A DNA stretch of 62,449 nt, filler included, from Sphaeroforma arctica JP610 (taxonomy: Eukaryota), in the NCBI RefSeq assembly GCF_001186125.1. It is 4 parts of 3 records of this genome, joined end to end, with 100 filler letters (N's around TTAATTAATTAA, not from the genome) between each part and the next. Parts side by side here need not be neighbours in the genome. Positions count along the whole stretch, not along the records: positions 1 to 27,633 come from NW_014040520.1; 3 more parts are not named here. One strand, 5' to 3'. This document shows, one piece after another, positions 11,961 through 24,027 of the stretch (positions are counted from its first letter, which is position 1; every line of letters begins with the position of its first letter). The position numbers and the translations under genes were made by a program. Under the pieces are notes generated by a model. It did not search any database, had not been told where the DNA came from, and saw only the letters and a program-made list of their open reading frames with translations.

Positions 11961-13124
11961 CTAGTGTCTGACGTCCGTGTCCTCACGTCCTGCCCCCCCC
12001 ACTCGGTAATGATGGCAGCGCGGTATATGTCGCAACCCTGGAGGTGCTTGTGCGCGGCAACCGTTGCACGTCGTTGGGTTAGTTGTTGGAGTCAGGCGTT
12101 GTTGCCATTGTTGCTGCTGACGCTGGACTATGTGCGGGCTAGGTCTACTATTCGTCGTCTCCCCCCGGGTTGAGTCCCCATTGTGACCTCGACGATTGAC
12201 TAAACGTTGAGTCGAACGAATCTGGGTCGCCTGGATATCCGGACTGAGCAGCTGTAGTAATTCATGAGTCTTCATGAGTTGCCACTTTGGATGTAAGTGT
12301 AACGTGCGCTCATATGTCCGGGATCCTAAGGTGTCCTCCAACAATTGAACTACGCAGTGGTTGAGCAAATTTTGCTTAAAATCTGCATCGGTCTGACAAC
12401 GCTCGTGTGCCCGACGATGATTCTCCATAAGGTATGTCATCTGTTCCATTACTGGAACATTACTAAGTTTCTGATGTCCCGTTGCTAATTTGCGAAATGT
12501 GGGGTCCACCGTAGCCTGAGTCTCGTGTGAACAGATTTGTGTTATTCGGAGTTCTGGTGCCCATGCAACTAAACGTTGGTGATTAAATTTTATATAATCA
12601 AGTGTAGATTGTTCGGCTTTAAAGTGACTTAACACCTTATAAAACCAACGAAGACACCATGCTTCGTCGAGAACCGAAATCTGCGCATTCTTAAGGGCTT
12701 CTCGCAATGCTCCTTTAGTGTCGCGCTCCATAATATTGCTGAGGTTATACCGGTTCGAGAGCCACTCCGGCCAACTACGTGGTTCCCGCGGTTCCTGTTT
12801 GTTCGCCGGTCGTGAGTCATGGGTTGCTCTTAATGTCTCGAGTACACCTCTTAGTGCCTCCGCTCGTGGCAAGTTGTTGGCTTCCACTGCACTACATAAT
12901 TCCTCCGACAATTTGAGCATGCGCGCGTGCAAGGCTTGGCGGTCCGCCGCTATGCTGTCTGGTGTAGGAGGTGTGGCCTGCTGAGCCAAGCGTCGACGCT
13001 TCTCCGATGACGTGGCTTGACTCGACGGTGTGCGTTCAAGCAGCCTGCGTGACGGTAGACTGTCATTCATAGCTTCTCGTACAAATTTTTGGCTCTGACG
13101 TTGTGCTTGTAAGGACTTGTCCAT
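11961..13124 (-). CDS. Family B gag
   Basis: 387-aa ORF upstream of the protease with a C-terminal CX2CX9HX3C knuckle. Confidence 0.7.
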   Translation of the reverse strand: MDKSLQAQRQSQKFVREAMNDSLPSRRLLERTPSSQATSSEKRRRLAQQATPPTPDSIAADRQALHARMLKLSEELCSAVEANNLPRAEALRGVLETLRATHDSRPANKQEPREPRSWPEWLSNRYNLSNIMERDTKGALREALKNAQISVLDEAWCLRWFYKVLSHFKAEQSTLDYIKFNHQRLVAWAPELRITQICSHETQATVDPTFRKLATGHQKLSNVPVMEQMTYLMENHRRAHERCQTDADFKQNLLNHCVVQLLEDTLGSRTYERTLHLHPKWQLMKTHELLQLLSPDIQATQIRSTQRLVNRRGHNGDSTRGETTNSRPSPHIVQRQQQQWQQRLTPTTNPTTCNGCRAQAPPGLRHIPRCHHYRVGGAGREDTDVRH

Positions 13125-15343
13125 GTTGTCACGTCGATTATCCAGTGCCTCCCTCCCGTGAGGGTTCTGTGTAGCTCTACGTTGTTCCTTTGCAAAGTTT
13201 TGACGAGATATCGTTTCCTACTGTGTATCGCCTTCGTCCTGATCCGACGATATGTACCCTAACCCATGACGGGCATCGTCGGCTCCTCTAATGCGGAACT
13301 CGATGTTGTCCGGTGATGAAGGTGTGTTCCCTCGTCGCAGTCGACGCAAACGCCGTTCATATTTATCTAATAGCGATTGCTGTCGCCGAAGTAGGCTCGT
13401 CATTTGCTCTGGTGTGTCATCGTCTCTACCTCGGCTCTGTCGTCTCTCTTTGGTATGAGAACGAGGGCGCTTACTTGTAACAGCACGTGATGCCTCTGGA
13501 GGAGTTGTCCCCTCCTGGTAGTGAGCCTGCGACGTGTTAGTTCGGGGGAACGTCGTTCACAATCCGTGAAGTCCACGTCACTCGGTGTGGTTATTCGCCC
13601 GTCGCGTTGTTGTTGTGCTGTTAGTGTCCGCTGGAGTATTGTTTGGTTAGTTCGACGTTCTGACTCTAAGTCCTCCGACACTTCTCAATCCGTATCTACT
13701 CGATCCTGAGTACGTCGTCAGAAACCTCGTTGATGGATGTCATCCCGCTCACGTTGTTCTGGGGATAGCTGTTGCTGCCGACGACTCTGTCGAACGTTAG
13801 CCATGGTTGAAGTAAACTTCTGTTTGTCTATTGATAGCGATGTCCCGTTATCTTTGCCTCTCTTCCGCCTTAAGTATCCACTGCTTAGTCCTTCGAATAA
13901 CCTGAAGCCCCGTTGACGGTACATACATCGTCTACGTCTTGCTCTATTTCGTAGTCTCGACGCATCGGCGTTGTCCCTGCATAGGCAATCGTGCCTTAAG
14001 CTAATCCCGGGTCTCGTTGTGGTTGCTCTTTCACTCTTCCAACTAACCCCTTCTCTTGGCTCATGTGCCACTGCTCTCTCGATAACTTCTTGCTCCCGAC
14101 ATACGTCTTCCATCTCATCTAAGCACATGTTCTTTACTCCTTTCAAAGCTCATCTACTCCCCCAACGATTATCGCCTCTAACTTCTCGTAGCTAATCAGT
14201 TTATCCGCCAATATCACCCGTCGTTCTCGTCTGGGATCCCGGGCTTACGCAAGCACTTGTCTCTTCTAACTCGCTTGGACGGCGCACACCCACATTGAAC
14301 GCACACACACATTGCCATTGCTTTGTGTTCACGTACACATTGATGTCACCTGCTTGCATGTTCATCACTTCTGGTACTAACTTATTTCACATTATTGTAC
14401 TCTATATTGGTGTATGCGCTTACTGTGTGTGCAACTTACTTCCTGTCTGTTTAACACTTGCTGCAATGCACATCTCTCCGTGTTACCGTCTTTGCATGAA
14501 TATCTGTTACCGTGAATTCTTACCCATGTCATACTGCCACTCCGATTATGCCTGACCACTATTTCTTATTCCACCAGGTTACTTGAGCGCTATACATGGC
14601 GCATCTTACATATATATCTCTCTATTTGACGTTTTCTTACGTACCTGATTGACGTGTACGTCTACATTCCTTGTTGTCTTGGTGATCTTCCAACTTTTAC
14701 ACCCAACTTTGTTATCCCTTATCTGTGTTCCACTTCGTCTTCTATAATCTGCCATCCTTCTTCCTTGTCCTCTTCAACCTTCCTGGTGTGGCTCGGCTCT
14801 GGCGAAGGTGTTGGTGCCCATAACGGTGTGGATGTTTCTTGATGTGGTGTGGTTCGGTGTGTCCATGTCGATGTAAAGGTACACCCTCTTTGGTTTTGTA
14901 CTAACATATCACTTCTTCCGGTTTGGTTGGCTACCGTAACATCTTCGGTGTCGATACATAGTACCCTTTGTCTGTTAATAACTCCGTCGCTAATCTCTAT
15001 CCGCTCTATTCTCTCATTCAAGCGGTCTACTTGGTGACGAGTGTGCGTCCGGAGTTTACGATTGTATCGTTCCATGCGTCTGGCTTGTCTCTGGATTTCT
15101 GAGGTTTCTCTATTCGTCTCCGCCTCAGACGCACTACTGCTGTTTGGTAGAAGTGCTGACATGCTATCACTAGTATCACTACTAATAAAGCCACTATCTG
15201 TGTCATCTACTAACGGCTGTTTCCGTTTCTGATGTCTGAGACATCTCTCTCTTCTTTGTGTTGTGTACAAAAAAGTCCCTACTAACTTCGTCCCCTATTC
15301 AGGAATAGTTCAATTAATGTATAACATCTAAGTCAGTTAAAAA

Positions 15344-15572
15344 TGTAGTAAGTAGTCGAGGATAACTGTATCTCAACGTATTCCCCTCGTATAAGGGGAG
15401 ACGTTGTTCATTTATTGAACTAAATCCTGACTATCATTTTGGTTATGTGTTTTCCGTTAATAAGTTCTAACCTGATTGGATAAACCCAGTTCAAAATGTA
15501 GTCTCTAATAAAACCCAAATATCAAATAAACCCTAAACCTAAATAAACCCTATCAGGGACTTCCTGACTACA
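15344..15572 (-). repeat. Family B 5' LTR (about 229 bp)
   Basis: TGTAGT...ACTACA terminal inverted repeat; shares about 96 bp with the 3' copy; the inner boundary rests on the terminal repeat only. Confidence 0.7.
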
Positions 15573-17770
15573 CTGTGTCGGACGGGGGCTTATATGGTTT
15601 CAGACAGTTATCGTCTGATTGATCCTTTAATGGATCTATGTTATTTGGTAAACCAGTTACGGTTATACCTAGAGTGAGTAAATCACTCATTCCGACTATT
15701 AAGTCTTATTTCTATGACATCTTAACTATCACAGCTTGGGTAGTGATATTTCTATCATAGGCCAGGGAGATTTTAACATCTGTGGCCATGGTATCACACT
15801 TAGAAGTTTTGTCATCTGTTAAGATTAGGTGAGTAGTTTGAGTGCACCTTTCAATGTCTTTCATCAATACAAAGCGGTCGGATATGCATGAAATTTCTGA
15901 ACCAGGATCAATCAATGCAAGGACTTTATTTCCATTGCAATATACAGGGATTGTTACACGCTCTTCTAAAGAGTCGGTGTATTTCCTTTGTAACGATTGT
16001 ATCTGGTAGTACTTTCACTACAACTTAATGTCGGGCTTTTTGTCACATGACTTGGCGTGATAGCCATTGTTCTTCTCACACTTGTCACACTTAGTAAGAA
16101 AGTGTGTACAGGTGGGTGCATGTCTGCCATTCCAATAACCGTTAGGGGTCAATTGGTACATCTCATACCCACACTGTGCGTCGGCACATTTCTTAATATC
16201 CTTAAATGGAGGTTCCTTGTCCTTCGTCTCCGCGCGTGCCCGTTTATTGGGTCGCGTTGATTGAGTGGAGTCGTGAGCACGTGTCTGGTTAGGACGCGTC
16301 TGATGAGGTTTATCATCTGACGTCTGGCGTGAGAGGTATCCTTGATCTGGGAGCTCGCGCGGTTTCTTATTGACCGCCTTTCCCTTCAAGGTTACGCTCT
16401 GCTTAGGCGCAGCTAACTGATTCTTAAGTTCAGTATTTTCTTCGGTCAACTTACTTATACGAGTTAGTTCCGTCGATTTTGATTTTGATTCGAGCTGGCC
16501 TTTGAGCTTTCCTCTTCTTCATCGTCCTTCGGGGTTCTTTTTCACCTTGGGATTCGTCATTCTCCTCCTTAACTGGGAGATCATTCTTCTGAGTAATCTC
16601 ATTAGGGTTGTTTGGGGTAGTCTTAAACGCTCCCCTTGCTCCACTTCGTGGCTTCGTAAATGTAAGTTTAGAAGTAGAAGCAATAGTTGGCCTTCGGGCT
16701 CTTTCTTCGGGGGACTTCTCTCTTAATGGAGTAGTCTCTCTCTTGTCGGTTGCATTGTTATGACTGTTAACGCCAGGGACAATAGCTTCGGCTACGGTGC
16801 GGTTAAACGCATCGGCAGCTGCGGCAGACGCAGCAGCGGCTGCAGCAGTGGCAGCGTCTTTATCCATATTCTTCTTTTCAGACTTTAGCTTCTTAGAAGG
16901 GGTGCGGTCTTTCTTGGACAAGAATTTTTTTATGGTAGTTAATTACCACTACGTTTAAGCAGTCTAAGTAGTTAATACTTTTACTAACTTTAAAATGTGC
17001 AAGTTTCGGTCTCTTAAGGCGATATTAACGTCTTAGAGTAGTCAATCGTAATAAAGTCTTCTAAAGCTCAAAATGAAATTAAAGCAAAATAAACGTCATT
17101 AGTCTTTTAGTAAAGTTAGGTTTGCCTTGTGAAGACAGCAATACTCTGAGAGATTGTGAGGCTGAGACATTGCCTATATATAATCCTCTCAGTACTGTTT
17201 TCGCTGAAGGGATTTTATTTAGTGTTTCGTTGTCGCTCTATTAGAAACTATGGTATGTTTCGTTGGGGCGAATCCGAGAGACTCATAAAATCATATCTTT
17301 AGAAAAAAGGAAAAGAAAAAAAGAAAGAAAAAATTCTTGATGTCCATAGTTATTGCATTAACCAATAACTTGCCACCTATCAATAATTACCTACTTAGCT
17401 TTCATCAGACTGGCACATCTGGTTGGCTGAACGGAGGATAAACTAAGCAACGCTAATAGTCCTTAGAAACCTATGTTCGGCTGAGCCATCTCGCTACCGA
17501 AGTATTCAGATATAAAAAGATTTGGAAAGTAAATATAGTTCTATTAATAGAACTAGACCAAATTTTATGTTTGGTATTTTACTGGGGCCTTTTAATGACC
17601 TTGTCCAAATATCTGATATGTTAAATGGAAAAGGTATTAATTAATAAAGCCGTTAAAAACCATTTAGGAAATTTAAGTTCCTCGTACTATTAAGAGTACG
17701 TTTATAGTTTACGTACTGCTTAAGAGTACGTTTATAACATAGAGTCTAATGTGGAGGCCCGGTTATTACA
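15573..17770 (-). mobile_element. Family A copy: 5' LTR (16998-17770), internally deleted gag and protease, interrupted by element B
   Basis: LTR matches 45314-46160; ORFs 16451-16921 and 16018-16449 match gag at 2144-4296; IDPGSEIS protease. Confidence 0.9.
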
Positions 17771-18478
17771 CCTTGTTAAGGAAGGTCTCAGACGGGGTCC
17801 ATTTGGTTGTTCAAATGGGACCTATACGACATATTATAGTATGTCTTCAGGGCGTCTTCTGGACGGCTCGAGTACCCTGATATAGGAAAGTATCTACTTC
17901 CCTATCTAAATATATTTGCTCGCATTGTATCATGTTTATTAATTTATTGAGCCATGGATCTTTACTCCGTAATGGGCAACACAACGTGATGGTAGCTTTG
18001 TGTATATGAACATAATTTAGTAATTGGGCAATTAATTGCCATGGTGGATTAGTCCACGCAATATGTTTGTGGAGGTCTAGTTGAAAGGTATCTCCTAAAG
18101 GATGATTTAAAGTCCTATAATTTTAAGTTGTGCATTATGATGTGCTGCAAACATATCAACTGTATGTGGCCCAAATATCTTTTGAGCCAGTTCAAACCAC
18201 CTGGGGTTACATTTCCAATCAATGGCTAGTAACTCACGTACGGATCTATTAATGTCCGGTACAAAGCGTGATAACATATCCGGTAAATTGTTATGTATCC
18301 CTGGTAGATGTTTGATATCGATATGAAACTTTGATATCGTATCATGCCATCGGCTCAGTAATTGAGAGTCTGGCTTCATCTCCTTCATATATTGAAGGGA
18401 CTTCTGATCACACATCAGCGCAAAAGATGTTCCGTATAGGTAATCGCGGAAGTGTGTCAGAGCTGCTACTATGGCTAG
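17771..18478 (-). mobile_element. Family A copy, RNase H end plus methyltransferase; continues at 26229 on the far side of element C
   Basis: LPDMLSRF, PHTVDMFAAHHNAQL, NPPW at about 18039-18050; CTAG duplicated at 18475-18478 and 26229-26232. Confidence 0.9.
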
Positions 18479-19083
18479 TGTAAAAGTTGGTCTCCTCTAG
18501 GCTGACTGTACGATACCAAGACGTTTACGTTAATAAGACAATGCGTTAATACGTTAAATAAAAATGTTAAATAAGTTTAGCTTCAGCCAAAAGATTAGGG
18601 GATTTTAGACAGAGACTATTGTCTATATGCTCCGCTCGAATCACTCACTACTTCGGTCTAGATTTAATTATGTTTTAGTTATTAAGACTAGATATCATTT
18701 CATTGGACGCATAGTTTACATTTCACGCCTCGAAACAGTCACCTAATCAAACTAACCAATAAAATACCTCTAAGAGGTATCAAAACCATATTGTCCTAAA
18801 TTCTAACAACTCTGATCCTGTCCTTTCTCAGTGGGTTATCTTGCTCTGAGATGCTGATGTATTTATTATACCATAGGTTTGTACCAACAACCATTTCATG
18901 CCTGAGACCCTCTCTCATGGTACTCCTATTAATTAGAGATTCCCAAAGTGTCATTTTCAGGTGTCAGATTGGTGTCGTTCCTATAGCATGTACAAATCTA
19001 ATTCCAGTGGAAAACCAATCTATATTTGGAAAGCCACCTAATTGTCCACAGTAGAGTCCCATACTCTACTGAGTACTATCACG
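18479..19083 (-). repeat. Family C 3' LTR, lacking about 150 bp of outer U3 and an internal block of about 135 bp
   Basis: Colinear with 25322-26079 apart from indels. Confidence 0.9.
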
Positions 19084-19137
19084 GCCTCAATGCTTATGTT
19101 ATATTCCCTTAGACAAAGTATACTTAGACGTTATAAG

Positions 19138-20290
19138 TTACTCGGTTACTCTATTACGTTTGGGCTTTGGTCCTTGTGGTCCCCGATGGTGGATGGGACG
19201 TTTCTTAATGCCTTTTGGAGGTACGTACATTTCATGCTGTTTAAAGCTGGGAATGTATGATGTCTGTGGATAGATCTTAACCACTTCGGGTCGCTTATTC
19301 GATAATAAGATTGTTTCTGCATCAGCCCTATTTTTGTGTAAGCGTTTGCGAAACTTCTTATTAAAAGCGTTTGGTACATCCGGATCATCAAATGCGGATG
19401 GTGGAGGATCATACTGTGCTCCATCGGCGAACTCCGTAGTGTAATATGTCATATCCTCATGTTTGTACTTCTCTAGAATCTTCTTAAACTCGTAAGACAT
19501 AAGAGGTGTAGTAGCTTCACGTGTGCGACGAATGATGATCTCTGTCGTAGGGATTCGATGTGACCCGATATTTAAGGCACTAGAGCCGTCAACGTTGTTA
19601 ACTTCATACGTTCCGCTTTTCTTATCGGCCACAGAGATCATAAATGGTCCAATATATTTAGCCGTAAGCACAGTTGTATCGGAGTTGCGAGCCACAATGT
19701 TGACTATATCGTCTACCTCAAACTCGACTATTTTTTTTTGGTATCATTCCATCGCTTTTGTCTCTTCTTGAGAGCGATGTCCTTCATCTCCCTTAAGTAA
19801 GAATAGACCACATCTCTGGTCCAACGCATCTTCTCTAACCATGGTAAAGCATGATCATCTTGAGACTCCTTGTTGAAGGGGATCTGTAATTCACTATAAC
19901 GGCCCCGGAAATAGTGAGCGGGTGTTGTACCAGTGACTGAATCAGGGGATTTGTTCATTTGTGTCTGTACCCAATTGATTGAGTACGGCCACATGTCAGA
20001 ATCATCAAGTAGTGCTCCTCGCATGAACTCCTTCATCTTTCTGTGTCGTACCTCGTTTGCACTTTGTGTCTGCGGCTTGTAAGGCACACCCATCTTATGG
20101 CATGATCCCGCAACGAGTAACAGTGTCGTCATGACATCTCCTGTAAACTCAATACCGTTGTCGGAACATACTATAGCTGGCCAGCCGAAATCTGTAAAAC
20201 ACTTATATATGCACTCAGCCACAGTTTGTGTCAATTTATCTTTCAGCGGATACAATACATTATATCTTGATGCGACATCAAACTCGCGAA
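19138..20290 (-). pseudogene. Family C integrase core plus chromodomain-like tail; the zinc finger is deleted
   Basis: FDVASRY..CSDNGIEF..ANEVRH; YIGPF; YEFKKILEKYKHEDMTYYTTEFADG. Confidence 0.85.
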
Positions 20291-20610
20291 TCCACATAGA
20301 TCGGCTCACATTGTATCATTGAGATCAACTGTGGTAGCCATTTATCTGAGTGTCTTAGGGGACAACACAACGTGATGGTAGTATCTTGAATATTTACATA
20401 GTTTAGCAACTGTGGTATTAATAGCCATGGAGGATTTGCCCAGGCATTCTCGTGAGACAAGTCTATCTGGAATCCGTCTCCTTCCGGATGTTCTGGTGTC
20501 CAGTACCTCGGCAGTTGCGCATTATGATGAGCAGCAAACATATCTATGGTATGTGGTCCATATATGTTGTCAGCGATCTTAAACTACCTAGGATTGGCCA
20601 TCCAATCTGT
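20290..20610 (-). pseudogene. Family C Dam-like methyltransferase domain, C-terminally deleted
   Basis: DWMANPR..GPHTIDMFAAHHNAQLPRYW..NAWANPPWLLI. Confidence 0.85.
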
Positions 20611-22497
20611 AGCTAGTAACTCCCTAACCATCTTGTTAAAGTCTGGTACGAAGCGAGACAACATGTCGGGTAAGTGATTGTGAATATCCGGTATGTGTGT
20701 TATGCTAAAAGAAAATTTCGCGATCGCCCCATGCCACCGACTGACTAACTGTGAGTTAGGTTTCATGTCCTTTAGGTGTTGCAATGACTTCTGATCACAT
20801 AGCACGTTAAAGTGCGTGCCATATAGATAGTCCTTAAAATGAGTGAGTGCAGTAACAATAGCCAAAAGCTCTTATTGAACGGTTGGGTAATTGATCTGAG
20901 ACGAATTCATAGCCCTGCTAAAGAACTGTACATATCTTGGTTTCCCATCAATCATTTGATACAGGACGCCGCCAAGTGCCATGTCGGACGCGTCTGTTAC
21001 TACCATGAATGGAATACCATCCTTTGGTGGCTGGACTACTAGTGCCTGCTGAACCACTGTTTTGAGCTGCTTAAATGCGTCATCACAGTCTTTGGTCCAC
21101 AGTGCGCCTAGTTTGCCTTTATGACATCTCAAATGTCCAAAGGGCTTTAAATAACTTGCCAGGTGTGGTACTCCGTCAGACAAAAAGTTGACAAATCCGC
21201 ACATGCTGTTGACATCTTTACCCGTGGTAGGAGTTCTTCAGTTTAGCAAGTGGTCGACCTTCCCGGGATCGATCATGATTCCATCCCCGGATACTCGGTA
21301 ACCCAACAGCTGAATCTCGTTAACACCGAAGTGGCATTTCTTACTGTTGACCTTAAAGTTGTGCTTGTTGAGTCTGTCTAGAACCTCTCGCACAACCCTT
21401 TCGTGCTCCTCTTTGGGTTTGGCGAATACCACAATGTCATCAATGTATACTTGTACATTGTCCATGTCCCTAAACAAGTCTTGCATAATTTGTTGAAAGA
21501 ACGCAGGTAACATGTGTAACCCAAAGGGGGCACTTTTGAACGAATATTGCTGACACTCCCAGGTAAAGGTGAGATACTTCCGGTGTGGTTTGTAGATCTT
21601 CATCTGGTGGTAGCCCTGTTTCAGGTCGATAGTGGAGAATATCTTAGCTCCCTCCATGCGCCCGAGTAGTTCGTTTATCCTTGGTAAGTGAAAATTGTGT
21701 GTCGGTATCAAAGCGTTAATTGGGCTCACATCCAAACACACCCGAACTTTCTTCAGCGTCCCGTCAGAGTTGAATTGGTCGACGGCTAAAAACGCTAGGT
21801 TGACGGGAGTCGGCTCGTAGTTGACTGCGATCACTCCATCATCTAACCATGTTTTAACCTGTTCTCGTACGACCTACTCTTGACGCCATGCAACATAGTT
21901 ACGTGTAGGACACTTCATCTTCGAGAAATCTACTCTCGTCAGGTCTAGACTAACGTGTCCGTTATTGAATTTGAACTTAACCCAGTCAGTGATCTGAATC
22001 TTGTCGTTCTCGAAAATCAAGTCCTTGAGTTTCTCTGTGAAGTGAGGGATCATCTCCTTCACAGCCTTCGAAGGTTTATATACCGGTTTCAACAAGTTGT
22101 CGTCCGACTGATCCTTCTGTGGTTCAATGTTAGTAGGTAAGCCTGTAAGTGTGATACCTAATGACAGTAAATCACTCATACCTACTATGAGATCATAGTC
22201 TGGTGAAGTGTTACATATGACTGCCTTAGTAACTATAGTACGTTGGTCTGTCAATGTAAACCTAAGATCGATTGCCATTTCTCTGCAAATGATCTCTTTC
22301 ATCAGCCAGTTTCAACATAGTTGGCTCTAACTTACGAGTTAGGTCTGTCATTTTTGCAGAATCTAGAGGATATACATGAAATTTGCGAGCCCGGATCCAG
22401 CAACGCTTTTATTTCATGTCCGTTAACTCGTATATCTAGGATTACACGCTCGTCTTGAGGTGAGTCCTTTTGTCTTAGTGACAAGACCCGGTATGTT
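20611..22497 (-). pseudogene. Family C protease, reverse transcriptase and RNase H
   Basis: ALLDPGS; IDLKQGYHQM; APFGL; YIDDIVV; TDASDMALGG. Confidence 0.93.
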
Positions 22498-22499
22498 TG

Positions 22500-23783
22500 T
22501 CACTTAATTTCAACCTTTGGTTGCACCTTGCATGTATGCTTGTGGTAACCTCCAGTCCCGGTACAGTCGGCACACTTCTCGATAAAGTGCTTACACTTAT
22601 CTGCGTGCCTTCCATTCCATCTGCCATTCGGCTCATGTTGGGTCATTCGCCACTTGCAATCAGTCTCACTACACTTCTTGACCTCCCTATGCCTGGGCTT
22701 AGGGTTGCCTGCCGGCGGTCCATTTCTGTTGGTCTGGTTACCCTTAGGGATGACATTGTTCTTGTGGCCTTCAGAACCATTTGTATTTTTGTTTTTATTG
22801 CCACCCTTGTCACCCCCTTTGTTTACCTTCTGACCTCCATTAGTGGACTGAGAGTCTCGACTATTGCCTGATCCTCCGGTAAGATTGCCGCCGACCTTCA
22901 TCTGGGCATTAGTGACTTTCACCACGGAACTAGGGCGTTTGGTAAACGTCTGATCCGCTCTCGAGTAAAATTCAGCCCAGGTTAAGTCCGCTAGCTTCAT
23001 TATGCCATAGGTAGGTCCTTCAATGGAGATCTCGCGTACATTGTCCGGGTAAGATTGATGCATATCAGTGGACAGAATCTCTTGATCTCTCCTATGTAGG
23101 TCTGACCAAAAGATTGTCTGCACCTATAGTACACACATGGATAGTTTGTCAGGTGACATTTCTTGAGTCTGTGCCCGTGACATGTGTGTGTCCAACTTTA
23201 ATAAGGAGTGGGACACCGGCGTTCCTTCTTCCGGTGGTATCATGATCGATACAAGCAATTCCGGTCGAAGATCCGTCGAAAATAAGTGAACGATCATCTC
23301 ACTCTACTCTTTCCACGTTTTCAGCTTAGTGGTCACTTGTTTCGCCTTCTCTAACTTGTTGCACTTGTAAGAAGACGGCTTAAAGCTCTGCTGCGCTGCT
23401 TCGAACCATAGGTTCTTCCGTAGATTGGCTGTAAGCATAATCTGTCCAAACTCTTTCAAAGACCTAGATAACAACGCCAGATTGCTAGTATCGATTGGAT
23501 CCTTCCGGTTCTTTCGATCAGATCTGTATGTCGTTGATAGTTTACCTATGTCCTTTACAAACTTCTTGCCTTTCGCAGCCTTCTCGGTCTGAATCACTCT
23601 TAGTTCTGAATCAATCTTAGTCTGGAAGTGCGTAGCCATTGTCATATAAAGACTAGCGGCATCAGTCCTACCTAGATCCATCGCCTCGAGTGAAGCTGCC
23701 TCAGCCTTGTTCATTTGAACAGTGAATTCAGCAATTTTCATATCACTACTAGAGTGATCTGATCCCTTCCTTTCTAACTGCAT
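22500..23783 (-). pseudogene. Family C gag with premature stops
   Basis: Similar to family A gag (LTWAEFY vs LTWEQFY; paired Cys/His knuckles with WNGRH). Confidence 0.8.
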
Positions 23784-24027
23784 CTGACCATGCAGTCAGT
23801 TGTCTGCCTCATCCTTTGATCCATCGTCCTGTTCAATGTGAATGAACGCTTCTGATGGGACAGCATCTTTTGCCGTCGTTGGGATAGCCGCTGGGGGGCG
23901 AATTGTCTCCCGATGACGACAAAGATTTTCTAGCTTCCACCTGATCAGGTTTAGACTCTTCGGTCGGATTGTCCTTCGGAAATACCTCTGAGGTATTCTG
24001 TGGATTTCCTTCCGGTGGTGGATTTGG

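Larger units (their letters stand above)
7632..15572 (-). mobile_element. Ty3/Gypsy family B chromovirus-like element, near full length but decayed
   Basis: LTR copies at 7632-7727 and 15344-15572; polypurine tract GGGGCGGC before the 3' LTR; gag 11961-13124; protease LIDTGA; RT HYIDD; RNase H IDASDYGLGG; DVFA/NPPW; HHCC plus TDMGNEF...ATER integrase; chromodomain EYLVRW. Confidence 0.95.

Noticed and set aside
15520..15553. Telomere-like TAAACCCT motifs in the family B LTR
   Set aside because: Only two or three imperfect units; too short to claim telomeric origin or targeting
18851..19054. Duplicated 67-aa ORF (also 25847-26050)
   Set aside because: Lies antisense within the two family C LTRs; the duplication is explained by LTR identity
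3244..23310. RIP-like CpA-to-TpA mutation suggested by many CAG/CAA/TGG-derived stops
   Set aside because: Stop-creating transitions necessarily fall in those contexts, and LTR-pair differences look mixed; a full substitution spectrum is needed
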